Origin: Patescibacteria group bacterium
GTDB taxonomy: Bacteria; Patescibacteriota; Microgenomatia; UBA8517
Direction of reading: 5' to 3'
Length of the DNA stretch: 55,991 nucleotides
Assembly (NCBI GenBank): GCA_038062745.1
Contig: JBBTWO010000007.1
Span: 1-55,991, forward strand
Shown here one piece after another: positions 27,327 to 35,294 of the stretch. The stretch's first letter is position 1. Every line of letters starts with the position of its first letter. Both the position numbers and the translations under genes were made by a program. The notes beneath the pieces were generated by a model that was given only the letters and a program-made list of their open reading frames with translations, was not told where the DNA came from and made no database searches.

Positions 27327-28466
27327 ATGATTACCAGATTACTCAAACCTGTAACCAGCCAAAGCTTCTTTCTCTTTGGTCCTCGTGGTACAGGAAAAAC
27401 CACCTGGGTGAAGTTTAATTATCCTAATTCTATTTATCTGGATCTTCTTGATTCAAGTCTTTTTACTAGGCTTTTGGCTGATCCAAGTCGGTTGACTTCG
27501 TATATACCACCCGGAAATAAGGAATATGTCGTCCTTGATGAAGTTCAAAGAGTTCCAGAACTATTAAATGAGGTCCACCGTCTAATAGAGTCAGAAAAAA
27601 TTAAATTTATTCTTACTGGAAGTAGTGCCCGCAAACTAAGATCTAAAGGTCACAATCTATTAGCTGGTCGTGCACTCACTTATTTTATGCACCCATTAAC
27701 AGCTCTGGAATTAAGGACAAGTTTTAATCTTAAACATGCGATACAGTTTGGACTCCTGCCTTCAGCGACTAAAGAAGCTGATCCAAGTAAATATCTTTCT
27801 AGTTATGTTGCAACATATCTAGAACAAGAGATCTCTCAAGAGGGGTTAACCCGCAATCTTTCGGCATTTTCCCGTTTCTTGGAAACTGCAAGTTTTTCTC
27901 AAGGGTCAATTATAAATATGTCGGCTATTGCTCGTGACTCTTCTGTTGAACGCAAGGTAGTTGAAAATTATTTTTCCATACTTCAAGATTTGCTAATTGG
28001 CTACAAATTGCCGCCTTTCACAAAACGAGCAAAAAGGAGACTTATGTCTCAACCAAAGTTTTATTTTTTTGATACAGGGGTTTATCGTTCTATTCGTCCC
28101 GCAGGACCTCTGGACGCGCCTGAAGAAATTGGAGGAATTGCACTTGAGACTCTTTTTTTTCAAAACCTTCTTGCTATTAATCAATCTCTAGGTTTGAACT
28201 ATGACCTTTATTACTATAGAACGGCAACTGGTATAGAAGTTGACTTTATAGCTTATGGGGAAAAGGGGATTATTGCTTTTGAGGTAAAGCACTCAAGTAA
28301 ATTCTCTGAATCAATGCTTAAAGGTCTTAAACATTTTTTGCAGGATTATCCAAAATCAAAAGCTTACTTACTTTACATGGGAGACAAAGTACTTTATCAG
28401 GACAACATTACTGTATTGCCGATTAAAAATGCTTTAGAAACTTTGGATAAGATACTTGTTTCCTAG
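27327..28466 (+). CDS. AAA+ ATPase of the AAA_14/DUF4143 type
   Basis: 379 aa. Walker A is FFLFGPRGTGKTTW and Walker B-like is YVVLDEVQRVPELL. The C-terminal segment ..YYYRTATGIEVDFIAYGEKGIIAFEVKHS.. is the DUF4143 nuclease-like D...E.K tail. It is a paralog of 48571..49749. Confidence 0.75.
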   Translation: MITRLLKPVTSQSFFLFGPRGTGKTTWVKFNYPNSIYLDLLDSSLFTRLLADPSRLTSYIPPGNKEYVVLDEVQRVPELLNEVHRLIESEKIKFILTGSSARKLRSKGHNLLAGRALTYFMHPLTALELRTSFNLKHAIQFGLLPSATKEADPSKYLSSYVATYLEQEISQEGLTRNLSAFSRFLETASFSQGSIINMSAIARDSSVERKVVENYFSILQDLLIGYKLPPFTKRAKRRLMSQPKFYFFDTGVYRSIRPAGPLDAPEEIGGIALETLFFQNLLAINQSLGLNYDLYYYRTATGIEVDFIAYGEKGIIAFEVKHSSKFSESMLKGLKHFLQDYPKSKAYLLYMGDKVLYQDNITVLPIKNALETLDKILVS

Positions 28467-28489
28467 GTTTTCTGGCTATTAACTAAAAA

Positions 28490-28641
28490 TTGCTAAATAT
28501 TTTTATGGAGGACATGAAGTCATACAACTTAATATTTGTAGATTGTGAAGGGCATGGACCTGCTCCTACATTTAATGACGATGCTTTATTTGAGTTCGGT
28601 GCTGTCAAATATACGCCACAATCAAAAGTCTCTGCAAGTGG
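28490..28641 (+). pseudogene. 5' fragment of a small gene interrupted by an insertion
   Basis: The ORF reads (M)KSYNLIFVDCEGHGPAPTFNDDALFEFGAVKYTPQSKVSASG. It then runs into GC-rich sequence with an implausible translation (RVRKLSNGTPPLTASPWLPARFQLAARLLFF). Confidence 0.5.
28619..28641 (+). repeat. Direct repeat, left copy (CAATCAAAAGTCTCTGCAAGTGG)
   Basis: It matches 30046..30068 at 22 of 23 positions. Both copies encode QSK(V/I)SASG in the frame of the flanking ORF fragments. Confidence 0.85.
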
Positions 28642-28921
28642 ACGCGTACGAAAATTGTCGAATGGTACTCCGCCGCTGACGGCGTCTCCGTGGCTCCCCG
28701 CTCGCTTCCAGCTCGCGGCTCGCCTTTTATTTTTCTCACGTGCGAATTCCTGGCTTAACGGCCATTTCTTTTGGCAAGGAGAAGTTTAGAAGGAGCTAAA
28801 CTAGAACAAAGAAATAGGAAAATTTTTTTGAAATTAACTTTCTAAAAAGTAGGCTGGTTGTTTCGGATTACTCTTACTACCAAACCTATTTAAAAGCGCT
28901 CAGGGAGCGCGCTTCACCTAC

Positions 28922-29209
28922 TTATTCAAATGCTATGTCTTCCTCTTTCACTTTTTCAGAAAGAAATACTTTCATAAGTGATTGGTAGGGTACATCTTTT
29001 TTATTAGCTACTCTTTTTAGGCTGTTTAAAAGGTGCACTGGAAGACGAAGAGTAATACTTTTGGTACTAGGCTTAAGATTTGGAAATTCTACCTCTACAG
29101 CTTTGCTCCAATCTATATAATCAGTTGAGCTGTGAGTATTCCAAAACTCTGCTTCTTCATCTTCATTTTTAAATTTAGGTATAGTTTTTAATTTTTTCAT
29201 ATAATTCAT
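28922..29209 (-). CDS. brnA: BrnA-type antitoxin (CopG-like)
   Basis: 95 aa. Motifs are IPKFKNEDEEAEFWNTHSSTDYIDW and KSITLRLPVHLLNSLKRVANKKDVPYQSLMKVFL, the typical BrnA pattern. It lies downstream of brnT. Confidence 0.75.
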   Translation of the reverse strand: MNYMKKLKTIPKFKNEDEEAEFWNTHSSTDYIDWSKAVEVEFPNLKPSTKSITLRLPVHLLNSLKRVANKKDVPYQSLMKVFLSEKVKEEDIAFE

Positions 29210-29253
29210 ATTTTCATATTATTCATCTAAAAAAGGTTAATATTAAACTGCTC

Positions 29254-29571
29254 TTACTTTTTCTCACCTCCTCCGTAAATTGTTCTTTCTTTTTTGTCTT
29301 GATTTCTTGCTGAAATAACTCTTATTTTTTCATTTCTTATCGTAAAAGCTATAAATAATAATCGTTGATTGTTGGTTTTTCCTAAAGCTTGATATCTATT
29401 CTCACTTTCTGTTGAGTGTGACGGATCTTGCCCAACAATCAAAGGTTTGTTGAAAAATACTTCTTCACATTCTGTCCAATCAACATTATGTTTTAGTTTA
29501 TTTTTGTTTAAATTTCCTTTGTCCCATTCAAATTGAATTTGTTTGGGTAAGGTAACTTTCTTTCTGGGCAT
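29254..29571 (-). CDS. brnT: BrnT-type toxin (DUF497 ribonuclease family)
   Basis: 105 aa. Motifs are FEWDKGNLNKNKLKHNVDWTECEEVFFNKPLIV..DPSHSTESENRYQALGKT and LFIAFTIRNEKIRVISARNQDKKERTIY. Confidence 0.8.
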   Translation of the reverse strand: MPRKKVTLPKQIQFEWDKGNLNKNKLKHNVDWTECEEVFFNKPLIVGQDPSHSTESENRYQALGKTNNQRLLFIAFTIRNEKIRVISARNQDKKERTIYGGGEKK

Positions 29572-29627
29572 ATCTGTACATTATGGTAATATACATTGAA
29601 GCTTTTGTCAAGTATGCCTAAGAATGG

Positions 29628-30017
29628 TTGACTTCAATTCTAATTGCTATACAATCTACTGAAATGAACGCCGAAAGAGCGGTTTTTGGTCCCATGGCAA
29701 GAGAGGAGGTAATTAGTCATTTATCTCCAGAAGAAGCGCGAGCTGTGCTTCAATATCACCAAGCTAGGGAGAAAGAAATGGATTTGAAGGAATGCAAAAC
29801 ATTATCCGACTTGGAAAGTTGTGTAAAAGGTGGTGTACAGGGAATGATGGTAAACGAATTGGTAGCGGTGGCAGTATTTAATCGTGGGCAAGAAGGTATT
29901 GATTCCGAGAAGCTCGTTGCCTTAAGAGACGCTATTTTGCAAGATGACATTAATAGAGATAGATATAATTTGGTCAAAGATAAAGATGGAACAATAAGAA
30001 GATCAAAACATCTTTAA
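29628..30017 (+). CDS. Hypothetical protein (cassette cargo)
   Basis: 129-aa ORF from a TTG; an internal ATG gives MNAERAVFGPMAREE.... No motif recognised. It is divergent from brnT. Confidence 0.45.
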   Translation: MTSILIAIQSTEMNAERAVFGPMAREEVISHLSPEEARAVLQYHQAREKEMDLKECKTLSDLESCVKGGVQGMMVNELVAVAVFNRGQEGIDSEKLVALRDAILQDDINRDRYNLVKDKDGTIRRSKHL

Positions 30018-30018
30018 G

Positions 30019-30040
30019 TGGCCATGCCCATTTGGCCACT
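30019..30040 (+). terminator. Stem-loop GTGGCCA-tgcccatt-TGGCCAC directly after the 129-aa ORF
   Basis: A 7-bp perfect inverted repeat starts 2 nt after the TAA. No T-tract follows, so its terminator function is uncertain. Confidence 0.3.
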
Positions 30041-30045
30041 GCTCC

Positions 30046-30068
30046 CAATCAAAAATCTCTGCAAGTGG
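30046..30068 (+). repeat. Direct repeat, right copy (CAATCAAAAATCTCTGCAAGTGG)
   Basis: It matches 28619..28641 at 22 of 23 positions. Confidence 0.85.
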
Positions 30069-30241
30069 TGAAAGAGCGATAAATCTTGAACTCCTTACCA
30101 CAGCGATACTATCACATTGGAAGCCTCTCGATATAGACCCTCAATTAATAATCCTAAATGAACTAAATAAAAATCAGGCACAAACCGAGCGTGGATTTGC
30201 TTATATGTACTAATCAAGAAGGAAACTATTGAACTTTACTG

Positions 30242-32035
30242 CTATTTGTTTGTTTTTCTTGTTTTATTACCGGTTCTAAATCGCAATTTTGCTCTAGGAA
30301 AGCCTTTCTTGGTAGCGATGTTTGCAATAGCGTCAAACTTTTTCATTACCGGAAAGTTATTAGGATATAAGTATCCTTTCCTATTAAGAAAATTTTTAAA
30401 TTGTATTACTTCTCGAACATATCCATCGGCGTTTCGTTTAGAAAACATTTCTGAATACTCAAAAAGAATATCTTCGCCTAGCATCGCTCCATGTTTTGCT
30501 ATCATTGCTTCCAATGTTTCCACCTCTTCCGCATCTAAAATAATAAAGGGCATAACTGTGTAATTTTCATAAAAAGACCTTGCTAGTTTGCTAAAATCCT
30601 CATAGTATTTACGGTTGTAGGCGTCCATGGGCACAGTTTCACCAACAATTAACAGTGGAATTAGTTTTTTATTACCAATTTCTATTGGAAGTTTCGACTT
30701 ACCACTCTCAATCTCTTTAATTGTTCTTGTTATCTGCCCCAATCCTTTAACTTTTTCGTTCCCAGAAAAAAGCTGTTTTAGGGTCGGTTCCATGTCCACT
30801 TTCTTTCCAGTTAGCCTTGCCTTGTAAGTCCAGTGAGCATATTTTGTCTCAACGCAAAAGATTGCTTTCGAACCCACAATGACCCCGTCAAACAATTCAC
30901 GACTATTAGCACTTGGATTTTTTATATAACTATTTCCAAAAGCTCCACCTAATCGTTCGTGTATGTATGCCTCAAAAGCATTACCCCAAACAGTAGGAAG
31001 GTCGTCTCTGGTTCTTTTGTCTCCAATCTTGCGCAAATAGTTTTCAAGAAGCCAATAAATACCTTCTGTTGCCTTATCCATTAAAAAGTCCGGCGCAGGA
31101 CACACAAAACACTCTTTATTAAATGGAATAAAAGGACATTGTCTTAATTGCAGAAAATTATAAGGATAAATATCAGTTCCGCCTAATAATTCAGAAACAA
31201 CTTTTTGATAACCGCTTTCATAATTGTCTACATCTAATAAAAGTAAATTTACGACAGCATCCACCTCTTTCTCATCAAGTTGAGCCTGCTCAAAGTATTT
31301 CCTCTTACAGGTAATCCACTGCTTTGTAATATCTGGTTCTTGGGTAGTGTTGTTTACCCAGCTCACCAGTAAATAGAAGCAGAGAGATAAATAATCGTTA
31401 AGTTCAATTCCACTTGTGGCCGTTGAGAATAACTTCTTTATATCAAATTCTGGGTGCAACTTCTCGATTTTAAGAAACAAATCTTTAAATCTAGCTAATC
31501 TATATGGCAATCTTTCTCTTACCATAAAAAAGCTTTGCCTCGCCAGAAATTCTCTTAACCTCTCTCTTTCCACTTCCACAGGAAGTACAATTCCCGAATG
31601 AGTATCAGGCATGCAAACGTCTGAAAGAATTAATAACCACTTACCTACCAAGCCTACGTCTTCTGGTTTTACAAGTCTTCCACCTTCCTTTTTTGCTTTT
31701 TCTAATATGACTTTATATAAATTTAGTATCGGCTGTTCTGCAAAAAGAACCCAATTGTCGGTTGGCGATTTAGATATTGCTTCTAATATCTTTTTCCTGA
31801 ATTCCAAGTCGCCGGCAAAAATATCTCGAACCAGTTGAACCTGATTGTTTCTATCTGAAAACCCATTTTTGGAATATAGTTTTACAACTATTTTTGAAAG
31901 TGTTTCCAATAGAGAATAAAAATTAAACTCCGAAACCTCATTCCTCACTCTTTCAATCCCGCCACCGTCAAAACCGTAAATTTGTTCATAGCCATAAATG
32001 ACCAACAGGTAATCTTGAAGTGTCCCTTTTTTCAT
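30242..32035 (-). CDS. Hypothetical 597-aa protein with C-terminal PD-(D/E)xK-like nuclease motif
   Basis: Long clean ORF. The segment ..RELFDGVIVGSKAIFCVETKYAHW.. fits the D-x(n)-E-x-K core. The N-terminal ~380 aa are helical with no motif I recognise. Confidence 0.4.
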   Translation of the reverse strand: MKKGTLQDYLLVIYGYEQIYGFDGGGIERVRNEVSEFNFYSLLETLSKIVVKLYSKNGFSDRNNQVQLVRDIFAGDLEFRKKILEAISKSPTDNWVLFAEQPILNLYKVILEKAKKEGGRLVKPEDVGLVGKWLLILSDVCMPDTHSGIVLPVEVERERLREFLARQSFFMVRERLPYRLARFKDLFLKIEKLHPEFDIKKLFSTATSGIELNDYLSLCFYLLVSWVNNTTQEPDITKQWITCKRKYFEQAQLDEKEVDAVVNLLLLDVDNYESGYQKVVSELLGGTDIYPYNFLQLRQCPFIPFNKECFVCPAPDFLMDKATEGIYWLLENYLRKIGDKRTRDDLPTVWGNAFEAYIHERLGGAFGNSYIKNPSANSRELFDGVIVGSKAIFCVETKYAHWTYKARLTGKKVDMEPTLKQLFSGNEKVKGLGQITRTIKEIESGKSKLPIEIGNKKLIPLLIVGETVPMDAYNRKYYEDFSKLARSFYENYTVMPFIILDAEEVETLEAMIAKHGAMLGEDILFEYSEMFSKRNADGYVREVIQFKNFLNRKGYLYPNNFPVMKKFDAIANIATKKGFPRAKLRFRTGNKTRKTNK

Positions 32036-32080
32036 ATCAATTGAAGTATAACAAAGGGTACAATTATCTTAATTAAAGCC

Positions 32081-32527
32081 ATGATAAAACCTCAAAATCC
32101 GTCAAATCCAGCAGAAAACGCCATTTTGAAACCCTACAAGGAAATTGAATTTAATGAATTTATAAAGTTGATAGGTGGTGCCAACATTCCAAGCTGGTCT
32201 ATCTTTGCAGAAGTGTTGGGTGTTAACAGGGAAACAGTCGCCAGATGGAAAAAACATCCACTGGCGCAAGCGGCCATTATAAATGCGATTAACGAAAACC
32301 TACGAAAAATGGAGACTTCCGGAAGGGAAGATTGGAAAATGTACAGGGAGATATTGCGAATGTTGGGAGTGAAAGACAAAAGAAGTATTGAAAATTATAG
32401 CCATGACAATACGAAAAGTATTCTTGACCAACTTGAAAAAGAAAATCTGCAAAGCGATTATGTCAATTTGGCCGAAAAAGCGGCGGAGGAACTTTCTAAA
32501 CGCGAAGTTGTATCAATGAGAGCGTAG
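32081..32527 (+). CDS. Small HTH protein (phage terminase-small-subunit-like / regulator)
   Basis: 148 aa. The segment WSIFAEVLGVNRETVARWKKHPLAQAAIINAI is a helix-turn-helix. The C-terminal tail is acidic and coiled. Confidence 0.45.
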   Translation: MIKPQNPSNPAENAILKPYKEIEFNEFIKLIGGANIPSWSIFAEVLGVNRETVARWKKHPLAQAAIINAINENLRKMETSGREDWKMYREILRMLGVKDKRSIENYSHDNTKSILDQLEKENLQSDYVNLAEKAAEELSKREVVSMRA

Positions 32528-32542
32528 AAGTATAATTCAACC

Positions 32543-33610
32543 ATGTCAGACAATAATAAAGGCGTGCAAAAGACTACTTCTTTACAGGCATGGAGCAAAT
32601 TAACAGAAGAGTATTTCGGAAAAAAATTAAGAATTGAAGACAGAAAAGATAGAGAAATTATCTACGGACTTCTAAAGGAATACAATTTACCCCATGAAAG
32701 ATTTTATGCTTTCAAATCAGGTGACCAAATTAAAAAAGAGGAATTTCTTGAAGCTATTGGCGATTTAGGCCTTCCATATTGGATTAGTGCCACACCCAAA
32801 TTGGGTATTGAGGATTTAGGTAGAGTTTCAAAATTAGGCTTGGAAAACGCAGATGATGGATGGAATTTCCTTCAATCGCTAGATAGACTAAAAGATTTTA
32901 AAGTAATTATTATGCAATACCCAGACAACATCGAGTTCAAAGGAACCGTTGTTGTTTCAAGAAGTCTAAATGGAATTGCAGAATTTGTAGAAGGAGATAA
33001 ACACCTCCAATTAATTTCTGGTCAAACCTTTACCGACCCAATGCTTTTTAATCAACAAAAGATTATTAGGTATTCAGACACAATAGAAAAAGAACACCAA
33101 GACGAACTTTTTTCTTTAATATCAAACAGAGCCGGACATTATGAATTTCAATACGGCTCCACTCCCGATAAGCCACAAAGCATAATTTTCTTTGATTTTA
33201 ATGACGAATTGGCTTACGAGGACGTTGATGCTCTTTTTAATGACCTTATTGTTTATTATGAAAAAGCCGAAGAAGGGATAAACGGATTTGATGTAAAAGG
33301 AATTCCAGCAAGTTTGGGTAAAGCTAAAGGGAAGGTTAAGATTATTATGAGTAGTGACACCGATAGTTACGGCACAATCAAAGAGGGTGATGTATTAGTT
33401 AGTGATACTACAAACCCAGATATGACGCCGGTTATGAAGAAGGTGTCAGCAATAATAACTGACATGGGAGGTGTTACAAGCCATGCGGCCATTGTCACGA
33501 GAGAGCTTGGAATTCCCTGTATCGTTGGAACTAGAAACGCAACCCAAGTATTAAAAGACGGAATGGAAGTTGAAGTAGATGCCTTTAGTGGAACAATAAG
33601 GATTATTTAA
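32543..33610 (+). CDS. Mini PEP-utilising-type protein: ATP-grasp-like N-domain plus phosphohistidine swivel domain
   Basis: 355 aa. The C-terminus GKAKGKVKII..GDVLVSDTTNPDMTPVMKKVSAIITDMGGVTSHAAIVTRELGIPCIVG is the PEP-utilizers mobile domain with the phospho-His (TSH). The N-terminal part (IIMQYPDNIEFKGTVVVS..AEFVEGDKHLQLISGQTFTDPMLF) resembles the end of PPDK_N/ATP-grasp. No third (substrate) domain is present. Confidence 0.65.
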   Translation: MSDNNKGVQKTTSLQAWSKLTEEYFGKKLRIEDRKDREIIYGLLKEYNLPHERFYAFKSGDQIKKEEFLEAIGDLGLPYWISATPKLGIEDLGRVSKLGLENADDGWNFLQSLDRLKDFKVIIMQYPDNIEFKGTVVVSRSLNGIAEFVEGDKHLQLISGQTFTDPMLFNQQKIIRYSDTIEKEHQDELFSLISNRAGHYEFQYGSTPDKPQSIIFFDFNDELAYEDVDALFNDLIVYYEKAEEGINGFDVKGIPASLGKAKGKVKIIMSSDTDSYGTIKEGDVLVSDTTNPDMTPVMKKVSAIITDMGGVTSHAAIVTRELGIPCIVGTRNATQVLKDGMEVEVDAFSGTIRII

Positions 33611-33611
33611 A

Positions 33612-34955
33612 TTATTTTCCTCCTAACCTATCTTCAAAAAGTTCCTTTGCTTTCACTTCCAACTCTTTGTATCCAATTTCTTTTGCAATATCCCAAGCTT
33701 GTTTAGAGTATTCTTTAGACCTCTCTAAATCACCAAAAAATCTGAGATTATTGGCAAGGTTATGTAGGGAGTTGGAAACGCCTTCTTTATCTCCAAGTTG
33801 TTCATATAAATCCTTTGCCTCTAACAGGTTTTTGGTAGAATAATGCTCAATCTCGCCAGTATCCAACCCCATCTCTTTTGTTAAAAAATATGAAAGCCCT
33901 GCCGCATTCCCAATAGTAACTTTGACATGAGCAAGAGCATCCCAATTTTTGGCTTTAATAGCTTCTTCCTGAGCTTCCCGGACTAGCACATCTGCCTCCC
34001 TTGAACTTTGTTTAACAGTTTCACTCAATCTTTGAATTTCATCGCTCCCCATTAGTCCATAACCGATTTGCCTATATCTGGTTTCTGCATAGAGCGCCAT
34101 TGACGCTTCAAACATTTTATGGTGAATTAGATACGCTTTATGGCCTTTTAGTATTGCAGATGAGGAAAGGTCGCCTAACTGGTTGGCAAGCTCAATTCCT
34201 TCTTTGCATAGTGCAATAAAATAGCCGGTTTTTTGAACTTGTTGGTCTGTTGATAAAATCATGTTTATAATTGCCTGCAATTTTACGTGTCCTCTTGCAT
34301 TGTGATAGGCAGTTTCGGCGTATTTGTAAGCCTCCTTCATTTCTGCTTTTTGCCAATGTTCAAAACTCTTTTTTATATTCTCGTCATCCAATACATCAAT
34401 GGACGATATAATTGGTTTTTGTTTACCTTCATTTTCAATTCCAAGTTTTTTCATAATCGCAACCACATTCTTATCCGTTTCTGAAACTATGGTTTTAATC
34501 TTTTGAGTATCTTCTTTTATGTCGGGCACAGCCAGATTTGGATATTGGCTCATTATTTTGGGGTTTTCAGAAAGAAGTTGAGTTAATTTACGTGCACCAT
34601 AGGAAGTTCCTTCGAGTTTATATTTGGAGACTTCTTCACGGAGAAAGAGTACAACGTCTGTGGGTAAGTCTAACGGGGTTACAAAAATCCAATCTTTAGC
34701 TTTTAGTTTTCTTTCCTCGATTGTCTTTGAAATCGTAGTCAAATCGCTTTTGATTTTGGCCTTGTAATTCTTTTTGGTTAATTTATCTCTATCTGGAAAA
34801 TAAATTGCAAATATCTTTTTATCTGGAACATAACCATCCATTCCCAAATCTCCTCCACTATCATCAAATGATTGAAAACTTGCAAAAACAGCATGAAAGA
34901 GGGTATCGCAAAAATCTTGGAATTCTTTTGGGCTCGTGAAATCAGTTAACTTCAT
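33612..34955 (-). CDS. TPR-repeat protein with N-terminal restriction-endonuclease-like (Mrr-like?) module
   Basis: 447 aa. The N-terminus KEFQDFCDTLFHAVF..FDDSGGDLGMDGYVPDKKIFAIYFP recalls the G.DgGiDg core of Mrr-type domains, but I see no clear (E/Q)xK. The C-terminal half holds several TPR-like repeats (e.g. EGVSNSLHNLANNLRFFGDLERSKEYSKQAWDIAKEIGYKE). Confidence 0.4.
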   Translation of the reverse strand: MKLTDFTSPKEFQDFCDTLFHAVFASFQSFDDSGGDLGMDGYVPDKKIFAIYFPDRDKLTKKNYKAKIKSDLTTISKTIEERKLKAKDWIFVTPLDLPTDVVLFLREEVSKYKLEGTSYGARKLTQLLSENPKIMSQYPNLAVPDIKEDTQKIKTIVSETDKNVVAIMKKLGIENEGKQKPIISSIDVLDDENIKKSFEHWQKAEMKEAYKYAETAYHNARGHVKLQAIINMILSTDQQVQKTGYFIALCKEGIELANQLGDLSSSAILKGHKAYLIHHKMFEASMALYAETRYRQIGYGLMGSDEIQRLSETVKQSSREADVLVREAQEEAIKAKNWDALAHVKVTIGNAAGLSYFLTKEMGLDTGEIEHYSTKNLLEAKDLYEQLGDKEGVSNSLHNLANNLRFFGDLERSKEYSKQAWDIAKEIGYKELEVKAKELFEDRLGGK

Positions 34956-34997
34956 GCACCAATTCTATCAGAAGCCACAAACCAATCTACAAACCTA

Positions 34998-35258
34998 TCA
35001 CGGAAGCAGTTTGTCATTGTCTATTTCAAGCCCGTTAGCGAGTTTAACAATAGTTTTTAACATTGGTTCTCTGTTGCCATTCTCCAACTCATTAACTGTT
35101 GTTAAATCCAAACCTGCTTTAGCGGCTAACTCTTCTTGCGATAAACCTTTCTGTTTACGTATTTTTCTTAAATTTTCTCCAAACTTTTGATTAAGTGTAG
35201 CCATCTCTTGCAAAATTATGGCCTTGATGCCATACTTGTGATATGGCGAGGATGCCAA
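34998..35258 (-). CDS. XRE-family helix-turn-helix transcriptional regulator
   Basis: 86 aa. The segment NLRKIRKQKGLSQEELAAKAGLDLTTVNELENGNREPMLKTIVKLANGLEID is the canonical Cro/C1-type HTH. Confidence 0.8.
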   Translation of the reverse strand: MASSPYHKYGIKAIILQEMATLNQKFGENLRKIRKQKGLSQEELAAKAGLDLTTVNELENGNREPMLKTIVKLANGLEIDNDKLLP

Positions 35259-35294
35259 ATTATGAAGCTGTGTTGAGGCTAAATTTATTAGGGG

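Larger units (their letters stand above)
28642..30045. mobile_element. 1.4-kb inserted cassette (GC-rich patch, brnTA, one ORF) bounded by 23-bp direct repeats
   Basis: See the flanking repeats and the split ORF. No transposase or integrase is present inside the cassette. Confidence 0.45.
29998..30213 (+). pseudogene. 3' fragment of the interrupted small gene (open frame without any start codon)
   Basis: A 71-codon open frame has no ATG/GTG/TTG until its last two codons. It reads ..SQSKISASGERAINLELLTTAILSHWKPLDIDPQLIILNELNKNQAQTERGFAYMY*. It shares the repeat-encoded QSK.SASG with the 5' fragment. Confidence 0.45.

Noticed and set aside
28490-28789. Track ORF of 99 aa treated as an intact gene
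   Set aside because: Only the first ~50 codons look protein-like. After the 23-bp repeat the frame runs through the GC-rich patch with an implausible sequence. It is better explained as a disrupted gene (see findings).
29572-29627. Possible operator palindrome in the brnT / 129-aa ORF divergent spacer (tgtacattatggtaatatacat)
   Set aside because: On checking, the two halves are not reverse complements beyond 3-4 nt. The region is simply AT-rich promoter-like sequence.
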